A DNA stretch of 64,000 nucleotides from Octopus sinensis. Its lineage: Eukaryota. A program made the position numbers and the translations under genes. The notes beneath the pieces are model-generated. The model had not been told where the DNA came from and did not search any database. It saw nothing but the letters and a program-made list of their open reading frames with translations. The stretch is taken from contig NC_043005.1 in assembly GCF_006345805.1 (NCBI RefSeq), positions 52,204,001 to 52,268,000 on the forward strand, read 5' to 3'. Below are positions 10,998 to 24,798 of this stretch, in pieces. Position 1 is the first letter of the stretch, and each line of letters begins with the position of its first letter.

Positions 10998-11409
10998 TAT
11001 ATGTGAAGATTATAGGATTTGCTGATGAAGGTCGGAGTAAGATCAAAATTAATCTAGATTGGAAAATCATAATAATCATTGGATAATTTCACTTTTCTTC
11101 TCTTTACTCTTTGTGCATTGATTATGATAACACAAACTGCATTATTATTTTTCATTGGGATGTTGATCTTGAAACATTCAATCTCTAAAAAATATATATT
11201 ACACTCACGTGTGTGTGTGTGTGTGTGTGAGCGTCTGTGTGTTTGTGTGAGTGAGTGTCTGTGTTTGTGTGTGTTTGTGCATGTGCGTGTTTTTGCTTGT
11301 GTGTGAGTATGCGTATGTGTTTTGGTGTGTGTGTCTGTGTGTATGTCTCTATGTGTGTGCCTATGTATATTATATAATATATAGATATAACTGAATTGTA
11401 CGTTTATAT

Positions 11410-11730
11410 GTGAAGGTGCATATCTCAGTGGTTAGAGCGTCGAGGTTGAGAGTTCGAATCCCGGACCGGGCTGCGTATTGTGTTCTTGAGCAAGACGCTT
11501 TATTTCATGTTGCTCCAGTTTATTCAGCTGTAGATATGAGTTGCAACATCACAGGTGCCAAGCTGTATCTGCTGTTGCCTTTTCCTTGGATAACACTTGT
11601 GGCGTGGAGATGGGAAACCTGGTATGCATGGGCGACTGCTGGTCTTCCGTAAACAACCCTGCTCGGACTTGTGGCTGGAAGGGTAACTTTCTAGGTGTAA
11701 TCCCACGCTCAGTCATGACCGAAGTGGTTC
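11410..11730 (+). mobile_element. SINE family C-like copy with a different 3' half
   Basis: GTGAAGGTGCATATCTCAGTGGTTAGAGCG...GTTCGAATCCCGGACCGGGC...GTTCTTGAGCAAGACGCTTTATTTCA. Confidence 0.65.
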
Positions 11731-11875
11731 TCAACAGCAATATATATGTTTATATATATATATCATTTATAAAATCACACATACGCAAAGCTCATTATTA
11801 ACAAAAGAATGTTGAATGTATCGAAGACCTAACATACATGTACACACTTATGCTAGTAAGTATATATATATATAT

Positions 11876-11950
<75 letters not shown>

Positions 11951-12828
11951 GAGCGAATAGGTATTTTTATGTTTGCTGTTTTTATAGTAGTTGGTGTTAC
12001 TGCTGTTCCCGTTGTTGTTGTTGTTGTTGTTGTTGTTCAGTTCAAGACACTCCACCAATGACTATCCCCAATTCTTTTTTTTTTTTTTCTATCACCAGCA
12101 AACACATGGCCGCATTATATCTCATATCTTGTTCTAGGTTGTTCCCTACTCTTTTCATCAATGATCTGTGACGGGAGAACATAGATAGGGCGGGAATGTA
12201 CACGACAGCAAACCGGTTATATTTATCAGTTGATATAAATCCACTTATTTCACAAACACAGCTATAACAATCACGTGAAATGCAATAATGAATATCTCAC
12301 GTCGCATTCATTATATTTTATTTTTCAAATTCAGACCTCTGTCCTTTGTTAAAAAAAAAATCGAATTAACGAACAAAGAAGCTGAATCCAATATGTATAG
12401 TTTGATCTTCTCGAAACGTTTTATTTTTTTTTTATATATATAATTATAAATTGCGAATCTGTAAATAAATATTATTATTTGATTTTTCTCTCTCACTCAA
12501 TATTTGGTTAGTTGATGGGCAAACAAATCGAACAACAAACTCTACGTTTGACATAACAAAAATAAAATAATGAGAAAAATCAAAAGCTTTCCGTACATAA
12601 GCACCCAAACATGCATATATATATACGCATACAAAATATAGACTCAAAGAAGCCTATACACACTCACACACACTCACACATATACATACGTACATACACC
12701 CTGACACATACGTATGTATCTTAATGTTTGCTTTTGTGTTCAGTTATAATAAAAATAGTCTTACATTAATCTGATGGGTTACTCTATATTCTGTAGAGTA
12801 CAAATCTATTATACTTAAGCAAAAATGT

Positions 12829-12923
12829 TATTGACTGTGACTTCGAAGTTTCGGACAGCTAAGCCATTGTGAGACAGTCCGACAATGGCTTACCTGGTCG
12901 AAACTTCGAGGTCAGATTCAATA
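12829..12923. repeat. Short fold-back (~42-bp arms) made of two decayed hammerhead-like motifs head to head
   Basis: Left arm on minus: gactgt CTCACAA tggcttagctgtcc GAAA cttcgaag TC acagtc; right arm on plus: CCGACAA tggcttacctggtc GAAA cttcgagg TC. Confidence 0.6.
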
Positions 12924-12952
12924 ATAGTCTTGTTTAAGAACTATATAATGTA

Positions 12953-13008
<56 letters not shown>

Positions 13009-13078
13009 TATATGTATATATATATATATAGATATGTATATATATATATATATATATAGATATATATAATATATATAT

Positions 13079-13109
<31 letters not shown>

Positions 13110-13172
13110 GGCCACAATCAAATGACTAAACAAGTAAAGAGTATATATATATATATATATATATGTATATAG

Positions 13173-13898
13173 ACTCTTTTACTTGTTTCAGTCATTTGAT
13201 TGTGGCCATGCTGGAGCACCACCTTTAGTCGAGAAAATCGATCCAGGACTCATACTTTGTAAGCCTAGTGCTACGAAGTGGCACTGAAGTCGGAACCGTA
13301 CGGTTGAGTAGTAAATATCTCATCACACATCCAAGTTTCGCACACGATTAAAAAGCTGAAGTTCTTCACTATCAAGACCTTTTGGCTCCATTCATCACCG
13401 AAAGGAAATGAATATGTAACCAGTGTTTTTTAAACAATATCAAAACACAATCGTATTTCTTTTCACATGTATTCGACTTGCCCTTTTTACCTGGCTGAGC
13501 GACAACATTACGTGACATTGCATAGGGTTAATTTTTTTTTTTTTGCCGGAGTACAGAAATGGTTTATGATATAGACCTGTGCTTCCAATACTATTTGCCT
13601 CCGCCAACTGCCCTATATAACTTTCCAGAAAGTTACGGGGACGTAAGCACAGCAACATCGGTTGTCAAGCGATGGTGTGGGGACAGACACAGACACACAC
13701 ACACATAAATTTATATATATATATATATATACGACAGGCTTCTTTCAGTTTCCGTTTATCAAATCTATTCACAAGGAGTTGGTTGGCCCGAGGCTATAGT
13801 AGAAGATATTTTCCCAAGGTGCCACGCTGTGTAACTGAACCCAGATCCATGCGGTTGGGAAGCTAGCTTCTTAACACACAGCCACTCATACGCCTATA
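13173..13898 (-). mobile_element. SINE family A, probably one copy split in two (13173-13270 and 13631-13898)
   Basis: Tail and 3' part at 13173-13270; collinear continuation AAGTTACGGGGACG to the head at 13631-13898. Confidence 0.65.
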
Positions 13899-13907
13899 TG
13901 ATATATA

Positions 13908-15240
13908 CGATAAAGTACTAAAAAGATACCAGAATTTTGCAATATTTTTTTTAATTCAATTATTTTTAAATGCTTATACTTTTCTCGGTTTCAAAGTAAT
14001 CTCCACGTGAAACAATGGCTCAATCCAGAAGCATTTTTCACTATTCGAAGCAGTCCTAGAACTCTTGCGAAGTGACGCCTTGTAACGCCGCCGTTGTTTT
14101 TTCTTCACCTCTTCCTCATCGGCAAAAAGTTTTCTTTTAAGGACTTTTTTCCATTCGTGGAAACCAAAAGAAAAACAAAAAAACTGCAGGGAGCAAGATC
14201 GGGTGAATAGTGAGGCTGGATAAGCGGAGTCATGCTATTTTTGGTCAAAAACTGTCTCACACTGAGGCGACGTACTCAGGTGCATTGTTGTGATCAAACC
14301 ACCACTCTCCACTCTGCTACAGTCCGGGAATTTTTCGTCTAACCGCGTGTTGCAAACGCTTCACAAATTCCAACTAAAATGTCGAATTAAAAGTTTGAGC
14401 CGGAGGAACATATTCTGTGTGGACAATTCATTTCGCATCGATAAAACAAATCAACATCGTCTTGACACTGGACTTCACTTCAAGCACTTTTGGAGGACGT
14501 GTTGACAGTGAATGCTTCCATCGACTTGATTGCTGCTTCGTTTCTGGGTCGTAGCTGTAGCACCAGCCTTCGTCACTAGTAATGAGCTTCGAAAGAAGTT
14601 TCGGATCAACTTCCAACTGTTCTTTCAGTCCACAACAGGCATTTAGTCGTGACTGCTTTTGACCTTCCGTTAGCAAGTGAGGCACGAATTTTGATGCAAC
14701 TCTTTCCATTTGCAATTCCTCAAAATTCGTTAGCAGGAGCTCCAGGATACACCAGTCATATCAGCAAGTCTGTCAATTGATCGGCGACGTTCCTCCAAGA
14801 TCTGTTCATGAATTTCCCTGATGTTTTCGTTCGTTCAGGAAGTCGACGGTTGCCGTAGATGAGGTTGGTTTTGAAGTGACAAGTAATCATTCCTAAAGCA
14901 TGAATTTCACTCGTAAACTTGTGTTTTGTTCATGATAGCGTCATTATCATCTATTAGAAGCAAAGAAATGTTTGGGCCACCGTTTACCCTAGCAGGAAAC
15001 AAAATATTACGAAAGCACGCAGTCCCTTCCACTCAGTCGTCGCAAAAATCGACGAATAGCGAAGAAGCACTGGCAAATAAAGACCCACCACATGGCAGTA
15101 CAATTTTACACGATGACCCAGGTCGGCAGACTGTTGCTTGAGAGTCACATCAATTGGCTCCTTGCAGCGGAAGCTTGGACTGCGACGGGCTTGTCGCACA
15201 GAGAACGTTTCCAGTTACTTTACTTTTGGGTACCGCTTCG
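13908..15240 (-). mobile_element. Decayed ~1.33-kb mariner transposon with broken transposase
   Basis: MERVASKFVPHLLTEGQKQSR...LITSDEGWCYSYDPETKQQSSRW...KTMLICFIDAK...HNNAP...QPHYSPDLAPC...GDYFE; weakly similar TA-flanked ends TATACGA....GTAC..AAAAG. Confidence 0.85.
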
Positions 15241-15444
15241 TATATATTCTATCTATCTATCTATCTACTATCTATCTATCTATCTATCGTATCTATCTAT
15301 CTATCTATTTCTATCTATCTATCTACCTATCTATCGTATCTAGCTAGTCTATCTATTCTATCTATCTATCTATCTATCCATCACTATTTATAAAAAGAAA
15401 AAGAAAAAAACCCACAACAAACACACAATCAAAACAGGAATTTC

Positions 15445-15485
<41 letters not shown>

Positions 15486-15504
15486 CTATCTATCTATCTA
15501 TCTG

Positions 15505-15556
<52 letters not shown>

Positions 15557-16349
15557 TATATAATATACATACTATATGTATCCACATGCATATATGTGTA
15601 TATATATATATATATGTATATGTATATGTATTGTGTGTATGTATGTGTGTGTGTATTCTTTCGTTAAACACGATTTGATGCCATAATTCCAACGAGCATT
15701 CGTTCCTATACAGCTGAGCCATTGTGTTTCCACGAGGAATTTACCAAGATAAATCTTCCATCCTCTTCGCTAAGTTGTGAAATATATTCGATATTTAAAT
15801 AATTGTCTACAATTAGTAAAAGATGGCATATGAGTTAGTGATACATCGGAAGATGTTTTTACTGAAACGCGTTGGTCTCTTTCTCTCTCTTCAGACACAC
15901 ACGCGCTCGCTTAAGCTTAAAAGGCATACGTACATACACATTTGTATGCATCTATGTATATATGAGTGATATGCGCATGACTGTTTGTGTGTGTGCGTGT
16001 GCATGTGTGTGTGGTGTGTATGTGTTTGTGTGTTTATCTCTGTTTATCTGCGTGTATGGTGGCACTATATGAGATGTAAAGTGTCTGGCCGGTAATTATG
16101 AATAATTACATATAGAACTTGAAAATTATCAGTGGCGAGGGTAGGATTAGCAATACCGGCATTACCATAATAACTGAAATGGTTCGATTTGTTTTGTCCA
16201 TCTTTACTCTAAGTCATAGAGACTAATCTTTACTGCCTATCTAAGGCATATTAACTTATAATTAGAATTCGATATTTCAACGGTGCATACACATACACAC
16301 ACACGCGCATAGAGATATAAGAAGAGAGATAGGAGTAGAGAGAGAGAAA

Positions 16350-16381
<32 letters not shown>

Positions 16382-16950
16382 GAGAGAGAGAGAAGAGAGG
16401 GGAGAAACGCACATATACATAAATGTGTAATTTATGTGCGACTATATATACAAACACCTATCTAATTATCAATGAAAGTATAGCGGCATGTGTATTTGAA
16501 TATGTATGAATACACAAACATAGTGTGTGGATAGGTATATATGTGTGTGAGTGTGTGTGCATGTGTGTGCTTGTGCGTGAATGGACGCGTGTATGTATAT
16601 ATATATGCATGTATATATATGTATATATGTGTATAGATAGATATATGTATATATATATATATGTATGTATATGTGAGTGTGCGTGTGCATGTAGCAAAAT
16701 TTGTATTTATATATATATGTGTACGCATCTATGTGCACACATATATTTAGTGTGCCCACACCCATATGTTTTATATATATATAGACGCTCTCATCTGTGT
16801 GAAGTCAACAAGCGCGCTTTGCAACTAAAAGATTTCGAATTTAGTCACACTGAGCACCACCTTGAGCAAGTATCTTAAATTCGAAGCGGACAAAAACCTT
16901 GTTAATGCATTTGGTTGCTGAAAAGTGTGTGGAAACCCTTCGTGTTCATA

Positions 16951-17995
16951 TTGGGTTGGCAACTAAGTTCCCGCTTTTTTTTTAAATTTTAATATTTCAA
17001 AAGGATTTAATAAAAAAAAACTAATTAATCAATAATGTATTCACCCTTGTTGTTTACAACTTCCCAACTTTCAACAAGATTTTCGATACCTCGTTGGTAG
17101 AAATTCCTTGATCCAACCAAGCTCTCAATTCTATATCAGTATTTAATGAAACTCTGAACATAGCATTTGAAAAAGATCGAAAGAGGTGGAAGTCCGTTGG
17201 TGCTAAATCGGGGGATTACGGCGGGTGTGGCAGCTCTTCCCAGCCATGCGTTTGAATGGCTTCGTTGGTCATATTGGCGATATGAGGGCGGGCGTTGTGC
17301 AGCCGATCTCCATGCTGCCGATTAGGTCTTTCCTTTTGAATAGCCGTGTTGAGTCGTTCCATTTGTTGAACATATATTTCAGCGTTGAACGTTTGGTTCC
17401 GGCCAAGCAATTCGTAATGGATAATCCCTTGTTTCACGCGCGGTGTCGCTTGTTTACCGCCGCTAAGCCATTCCTTACTCTACTTCATATTGATGTACAG
17501 GCACCATTTTTCGTCGCCAGTAACGATTCGGTAAAGAAATCGTTGCTTGAGTCCAAGAGTTGAGCGGTGACGAGCAAGCAAGCCAAAGGAGATTGTGGCT
17601 CGTTGATTTTTGTTGTTGTCACTTAAAGCATGCGGAACACATGCTCCATACTTCGGAAGCTTTCCCATCGAGTGAAGATGTTACTCTATAGCAGTGTGGG
17701 ACCATTCCATTCTTTCTTCCAGTTCCCTTGTTTGACGAAAATTTTCATGCAAAAGTTGGTTTAATTGCTCTTCATTAATCTCAACTGGACGGCCAGAACG
17801 AGGTGCGTTTTTGAGGTCAAAATTTCCATTTTTGAACTTGGCTTACCAATCACGCGCGGTTCTTTCAGCTATGGCACCCTATCCATACACAGCACAAATG
17901 TCGCGAGCAACTTTTGCGCTTAGAACCTTGAGGAAAAATAAAAAGGAGGTGTCGAAAATGCTCGTTTTTCTTAACTTCACATACCATTTTAATGA
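16951..17995 (-). mobile_element. Decayed mariner transposon (second subfamily, D,D34D type); one terminal inverted repeat (TIR) retained
   Basis: ARDICAVYG...KFKNGNFDLKNAPRSGRP...GACVPHALS...IVTGDEKWCLY...GIIHYELL...HNARPH...SPDLAPTDFHLF; TA-TTGGGTTGGCAACTAAG end at 16949-16967. Confidence 0.85.
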
Positions 17996-18139
17996 TCTGA
18001 AAGTAAGCAAAAATTAACTAAAATTAACTAGGAAAAAAATAAAAATTCCAAAATTTAAAACCTGGTTTGATGAGCTTACTCTGCCACACTGGTTCGATGT
18101 AGTTTCACAAAGGCATGCATTTTTTGTTTTTATACTTAT

Positions 18140-18172
<33 letters not shown>

Positions 18173-18183
18173 GTATATATATA

Positions 18184-18314
18184 CAGGGTGTCACCCAAAA
18201 ATATATACACACCTTAAATAATTGTAAATTTGTTATTCTTTGTAAGCCTAGTACTTATTCTATCGTTCTCTTTTGCCGAACCACTATGTGTATACATTTT
18301 TTGTGGACACCCTG
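18184..18314. mobile_element. 131-bp Tc1/mariner-type MITE with TA target duplication, containing a 54-bp SINE A fragment
   Basis: TIRs CAGGGTGTCACCCAAAAATATATACACA / reverse complement CAGGGTGTCCACAAAAAATGTATACACA; TA at 18182-83 and 18315-16. Confidence 0.8.
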
Positions 18315-18357
<43 letters not shown>

Positions 18358-19033
18358 AGTATGAAGGAAAACCTTAGAGGCAAATTTTGCTGTAATTGCC
18401 CCAGTAAAGACGATGATTTTTGCAAAGCATCTGTCAAGTCTTACAATAGTAGGGTGGAAAAGAGTAGATACCGCATCGTTAAGAAGAAATTACTTAGGAA
18501 ATTGTAGCTGCAACTGTTCTACATTTACTTCGAACGTGTGACCAAAAACTTATGCTGCGCACAATTATTTGTTAATTTGCCCAGAAATACAGGGCAAAAG
18601 ATCTTGCCGAATAAAAAAGATTCGAACTCATGGAAGACGTCTCTCGCCCAGAAGGTTTTCGCGCGGAAGGTTCGATCGGACTCAGTATTAGTTGATTGCA
18701 GAGCAAACTTCCTTTCACACACAATTATGCCAGCACATTGCTATGTATGTATGTATGTATGTATGTATGTATGTATGTATGTATGTATGTATGTATGTAT
18801 GTATATTAAAAGAGAAGGGGGAAGGAGAGTAGGGACAGAGAGAAGAAAGAGAGCGAGAAGAGAGAGAAGGAGAGAGAGAAGAGAGAGAAAGAGAGAGAGA
18901 GAGTCTTTAATCCTCAAAACTTCGGTTTCGTAAATATCTTTCCATTTACAAACACTCAAAATTCATTCTGAATAACTAAACTTGTCTCCATCGATTTTTA
19001 CACTGAATTTTTCAATATCAGAAGACATCATAT

Positions 19034-19066
<33 letters not shown>

Positions 19067-19449
19067 GATATATATATATATATAGTATGTATGTATGTAT
19101 GTATGTATGTATGTATGTATGTATGTATGTATGTATGTATTTATAATAATACATAAATAGTTCGATTTCTAAAGGTACCCATATTTAGAAATAACCATCA
19201 GTATGGAAATATATTCAGAATTGTTTGTATGTGGCTCGTTAGAATAGATTTTAATATCGCAGAAAGATGTTTGAATTCCGGAAACTGTGACATTTTTTCT
19301 TTCATATTCTATTATTCTTTCATACTTTAATTCTTTCAAAGACATGTCATATGGAAATAAAGCAAAAGTGACATATTGCGATGAATTCATAGACACACAC
19401 ACATACGCACATATGTAGATACACATACATATATATTTATGTTTATACG

Positions 19450-19485
<36 letters not shown>

Positions 19486-19875
19486 GTGTGTGTAAGTGTG
19501 TATGCATGTATAGGTGTATGTATGTATGAATATTCGCAGACATCCTGAAATACACATGGATATATATACAAAGCGTAGGCTTTAGTGATAGATTGCTATG
19601 TCTATTTAAGTATATCTATTAAATACGTACAAATATATAAAGATTCATAAATATATCTAAGTGCATTGAATAGTGTATAAACATGTTATAATAAACTATA
19701 TGCATTAAAATGACATAACTTAATATATCTCTATATATATATTTAAATGCAAATATACAGACACAAACACACATGCATATATTCATATATATCTACATAT
19801 ATATAAATAGACGTATGTCTATATAAATTTATAGATACCGTTATACATTTAAATATATATATATATATACTATAT

Positions 19876-19924
<49 letters not shown>

Positions 19925-20141
19925 CACTAATATACATAGAAATGTTTAAACTAATATTTAACGGTCCCAAACACAAAATAGTGAAAGTAGAGATGTGCAG
20001 ATCCACAAAACGTACGTACATACTTAATAAACTTATCAATATATGAATTTATCTCTACATCTTTCAGTCATATATTCTATAAAATTCTCCCGGTATCTGT
20101 ATACATATGTTTGTATTAATACATATATATATATATATATA

Positions 20142-20186
<45 letters not shown>

Positions 20187-20393
20187 TGTGTATAAATATG
20201 TATGTATATGTTTATATATACGAATACATATTGATTATATGTATATATACGCATTTATACAGATGTGTAAATACATTTACATATATATGTGTTTATGTGT
20301 AGCTATAGGTATATATATATATATAATTGGTAACTATAGAATACCTAGGCATGTGAGTAATGAAATGCTTCTGAATATATGTACGCATATGTA

Positions 20394-20449
<56 letters not shown>

Positions 20450-20940
20450 CATACATTTATGCTTTCGATGGGGAGTGAGAGAGAGAGAGAGAGAGAGGGA
20501 GAGAAACAGACAGGCAGATAGATAGATATATTGGTGTATATATACGTTCAAAGGTTCACACATATATTAATTCTCTGTTTTGAGGAATATTTGAATGATT
20601 TTACGTTTGTTGAACGGTATGTTTATGCATGCATACATAAATATATTTACTATGATGCTGTCTAGAGTATATATGTTTATATACTATTAAAAATTAATCT
20701 GCCTTTCCCTTTATACAATAAAATACCCTACAAATTTAGACGGCATATATATTCCGAGACATCTTATGTAATGGCCATTTAATTCTGAAAACAATCTGTC
20801 TCTATAGCGCCCATATATTCAACCCACCTCCAAATATTGGTAAGCATATTTTTAGACGTAGACACTCAAGCGTGTTGTATATATATATATGTATACACAT
20901 ATATATTATAAAATATATAATTAAATATATATAATATATA

Positions 20941-21027
<87 letters not shown>

Positions 21028-21161
21028 TACATAAATATATACATGTGTGCGTTTGTGTGTGTTCAATATTTTGTAGCAAAATGCAAATTGTTTCGGCCAT
21101 AAAATGTGCTCTTCAGAGAAAATCGAATGGGATTGATTCAACTATGATAATATATATTTAT

Positions 21162-21220
<59 letters not shown>

Positions 21221-21644
21221 GAGAGAGAGAAGGGGGGGAGAGGGTGATATTCATTCCTTAATACCAATCAAAAACAAATCATGAGCAATACAATTGCTGA
21301 ACTAAAAAACCTCTTCATGTATAAATCAAATATTACTGACTTATAAGTGGGGGAGAATATAAATGAAGAAGGAAATATCGTATGAGGGACAAATTGCAAA
21401 TTACAGTCGGAGTTAATAGAATATATTAGGTAAAAGTAGTTAATAAATCGATAAAGTGTATTGACAAAAAAAAAAAGGGTAGTTTAGAAAATACAAGCTC
21501 AAATATAGCTGAGTTTACATAGAGTCTGCTTAATGTCAGATAAGTGTTATAGTGTTGGGTAATAGACGGACATTAAAAGTTGAATAAACGATGAAATAAA
21601 AGAATTGATAATTGGTTAAAAAGTTTTATATAAAAATATGTGTC

Positions 21645-21690
<46 letters not shown>

Positions 21691-21782
21691 GTATTAATGC
21701 AAATAAACCCAAACTCAGCAGTACATACGTGTATATAACATGAATTAATATATACATATATTTATAGACGTGTGCATATATA

Positions 21783-21820
<38 letters not shown>

Positions 21821-22114
21821 TATGCACATAAAGACGGATAAAAATATTTATACACTGAAATAAATATTTTCTGACTACATAAATCAATAGATATATATAA
21901 ATATACGTAAACTTCATAGATGGTTTTATATTAACGCATTCAAAATCAAACTTGCCAAAAGTATTTAAATACAAGTAAAAGCTTAAACATTTTCAATATC
22001 AGCAAACCAATTAATACTTAAACATAAAAATTATTGCCCTAAATAAATTATTTTGGGGAAAAAAATTCATACGATCACTATAAAATTAAGTACTGGACAT
22101 ATATATATATATGT

Positions 22115-22357
22115 ACTCTTTAACTTGTTTCTGTCATTTGACTGTTGCCATGCTGGAGCACCGCCTTTAGTCGATCAAATTAATCCCATGACTTATTCTT
22201 TGTAAGCCTGGTACTTATTATATAGGTCTCTTTTGCCGAACCGCTAAGTTACGGGGACTTAAACACACCAGCATCGGTTGTCAAGCGATGTTGGGGGACA
22301 AACACATATACACAAACACATACACATACACATACATATACACACACACACACACAC

Positions 22358-22404
<47 letters not shown>

Positions 22405-22562
22405 CATATATACGACGGGCTTCTTTCAATTCCGTTCTCCATATCCACTCACAAAACTTTTGTCGGCCCGAGGCTATAATAGATGTCATTTGCACAAAGT
22501 GCCAAGCAGTGGGTCTGAACCCAGAACCATGTGGCTGGTAAGACAGCCACTCCTCCTACGCT
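22115..22562 (-). mobile_element. SINE family A
   Basis: Tail to head collinear with the other copies; small head deletion. Confidence 0.85.
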
Positions 22563-22590
22563 TAAGAGTGGCTATCTGGTATATATATAA

Positions 22591-22770
22591 TTATAGTTAA
22601 AATTTAGAGACAACAAAAGACAAACACATGTGAGGGGACAACCAGCAGGTGTATTAGTTTGATGATCGGGAAGAATGGAAAAGTCTTTGATGCTTCGAGC
22701 CTACGCTCTTCTGCAGAAAGCGCTGAGAGACAAATAAATAGGGAAAAAATGGAAAGAAAAACGGAGAGAG
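22591..22770 (-). mobile_element. Penelope-like pseudo-LTR remnant with a decayed minimal hammerhead; homologous to 40930-41075
   Basis: Minus strand cttt CTGCAGA a gagc gtag gctc GAAG ca TC aaag; shares downstream AACTAAT...GTCTTTTGTT...TAAATTT.AACTATA with 40930-41075. Confidence 0.55.
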
Positions 22771-23314
22771 TAAAAATGTGTATGGATTAATAGTTCAGTA
22801 TAAAATGACCAGCATGATGAAATGACCATTATGACGAAATGACCAACAGAAAAAAGCTTAGTGAACGAGAGATAATAACAGTGACCCGGCTAAACTAGGG
22901 TGCGCAAGTGAGAGTGTGTATGTAAGACTGGTGTGTGCGTGTGAGCATCTATGTGAGAATGGGAGCATGCACGTGTGAATGTATGAGTGAGTGAGCTTAA
23001 AATCATGTGAGCCTGTGTGTGTGTATGGGAGCGTCTGTGTTTATATGTATAACTAACCCAATATGTGCGTTGTGTGGAGTGATGGGTGTTTCGTGTATTT
23101 ATGTGTGTGCGTGCGTATTGGTGTATATACATGTTTGTGAGGATGTGCGTGACCCTATAGTGTGTGTGCGTGTATTGTGTATTGTGTTTTGCGTATTGTG
23201 TGCTCCCCAAATATGCGAAAAAGAATCGAAAATATACTCGAAAATATCGCAATAGAATTACTCCCCCCAGGATGCTCATGCCCTTTTGGATGAAGCTTTC
23301 CAAGAATATATATC

Positions 23315-23658
23315 TATTATCTCCATTTTTCCAAGAGTATTCATTTTGAGGGACTATCATTCTATACTCAAATGTACTCACCCATCTAATACAATAAGTA
23401 AGTTTATTGCATTGCCATTAAAAACACTTGTGTATTAATAATTTGGGTATTATACCAACAGTATATTGGATAAGTATTATCCCTTAGTGGGTTGGATCCA
23501 CAACCCGTAACTTGGTTGGTGTTAAATAATGATTAAATGAGGTATATCCATTGCTATGTATAAACTATCTATGCAATACTTAGGGTATTGCTGGTAAAAG
23601 TGAGTACATTTGAGTATAGTATGACAGTCCCTCAAAATGAATACTGTTGGAGATAATA
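23315..23658. mobile_element. MITE-like element with ~60-bp inverted termini
   Basis: 23315-23381 TATTATCTCCA...AGTATTCATTTTGAGGGACTATCATTCTATACTCAAATGTACTCAC matches the reverse complement of 23600-23658. Confidence 0.7.
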
Positions 23659-23769
23659 CGGATGGATTCATCGCTAAAGGAATTTACCAATACAAACTAA
23701 GGAAGTCAACATGCTGATATCCTAAAGCTGATAAAGCATCTAATGCGTTTCTCCATTTTCTTATTTGTA

Positions 23770-23801
<32 letters not shown>

Positions 23802-23810
23802 TCTGTTTTT

Positions 23811-24188
23811 CTTTTACTTCTTTCAGTCATTTGACTGCGGCCATGCTGGTGCATTGCCTTTAGTCGAACAAATCGACCCCAGAATTTATTCTTTGTATGC
23901 CTGGTGCTCTATCGGGTTCCTTTGCCGAACCTCTAGGTTACGGTGAGATAAACACACCAAAATCAGTTGTCAAGAGAGGGGGGGGGGGGCAAACACAGAC
24001 ACACACAAGTATATATATATATATATATTACGGCAGGCTTCTTTCAGTTTCGGTCTACCAAATCCACTCACAAGGCTTTGGTCGGTCCTAGGCTATAGTA
24101 GAAGGCACTTGCCCAAGGTGTCATGCAGTGGGACTGAACCCTGAACCATGTGATTGGGAAGCCAGCTTCTTACCACTCAGCCAACTCT
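23811..24188 (-). mobile_element. SINE family A
   Basis: Collinear homology with 3271-3670. Confidence 0.85.
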
Positions 24189-24724
24189 GATGTAAATGTA
24201 TATGACCCATAACACTACGTTATCAAAAGCTGTCAAATGAGACTGCTTAAAAATTCGTGTTAGAATTATCACAACTTAAATACTGTAAAAACTATTAATA
24301 TTTTAAATAATTTATGTGACTGAAAGAGCTCTCAAAACAAACAACTAAAAAATGTATTTGCAGCCTCAGTTGAAACAATATAGAAAGATAAACAGAAGCA
24401 TAATCGTATGTCGATATAAATACACACATACATGTGTGTGAGTGTGTGTGTTTGTTTGTGTGTGTGTTTGTGTGTGTGTGGAGGCTAAGTATAAATTCAT
24501 ATATACAGATATACAAACACACACAAACGCCCATACATACATACAAATATATATATATATATACTCAGTTATAAATGCTTCGTTTGCCTTTACATCTTAA
24601 GTAGATTCGAGTTCAGTTTCCCTCAGTGTTTACCTGTTACGAAAATATTATACTGTAGGCATGGGTCGAGGACTGTCTTTGAAATGAATCTTTTAGGGGG
24701 AAACTGTGCACAAGCTCATATATG

Positions 24725-24759
<35 letters not shown>

Positions 24760-24764
24760 TTATG

Positions 24765-24798
<34 letters not shown>

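Noticed and set aside
15640-15860. Possible mariner 3' remnant (LWHQIVFNE on minus)
   Set aside because: Similarity too short to support
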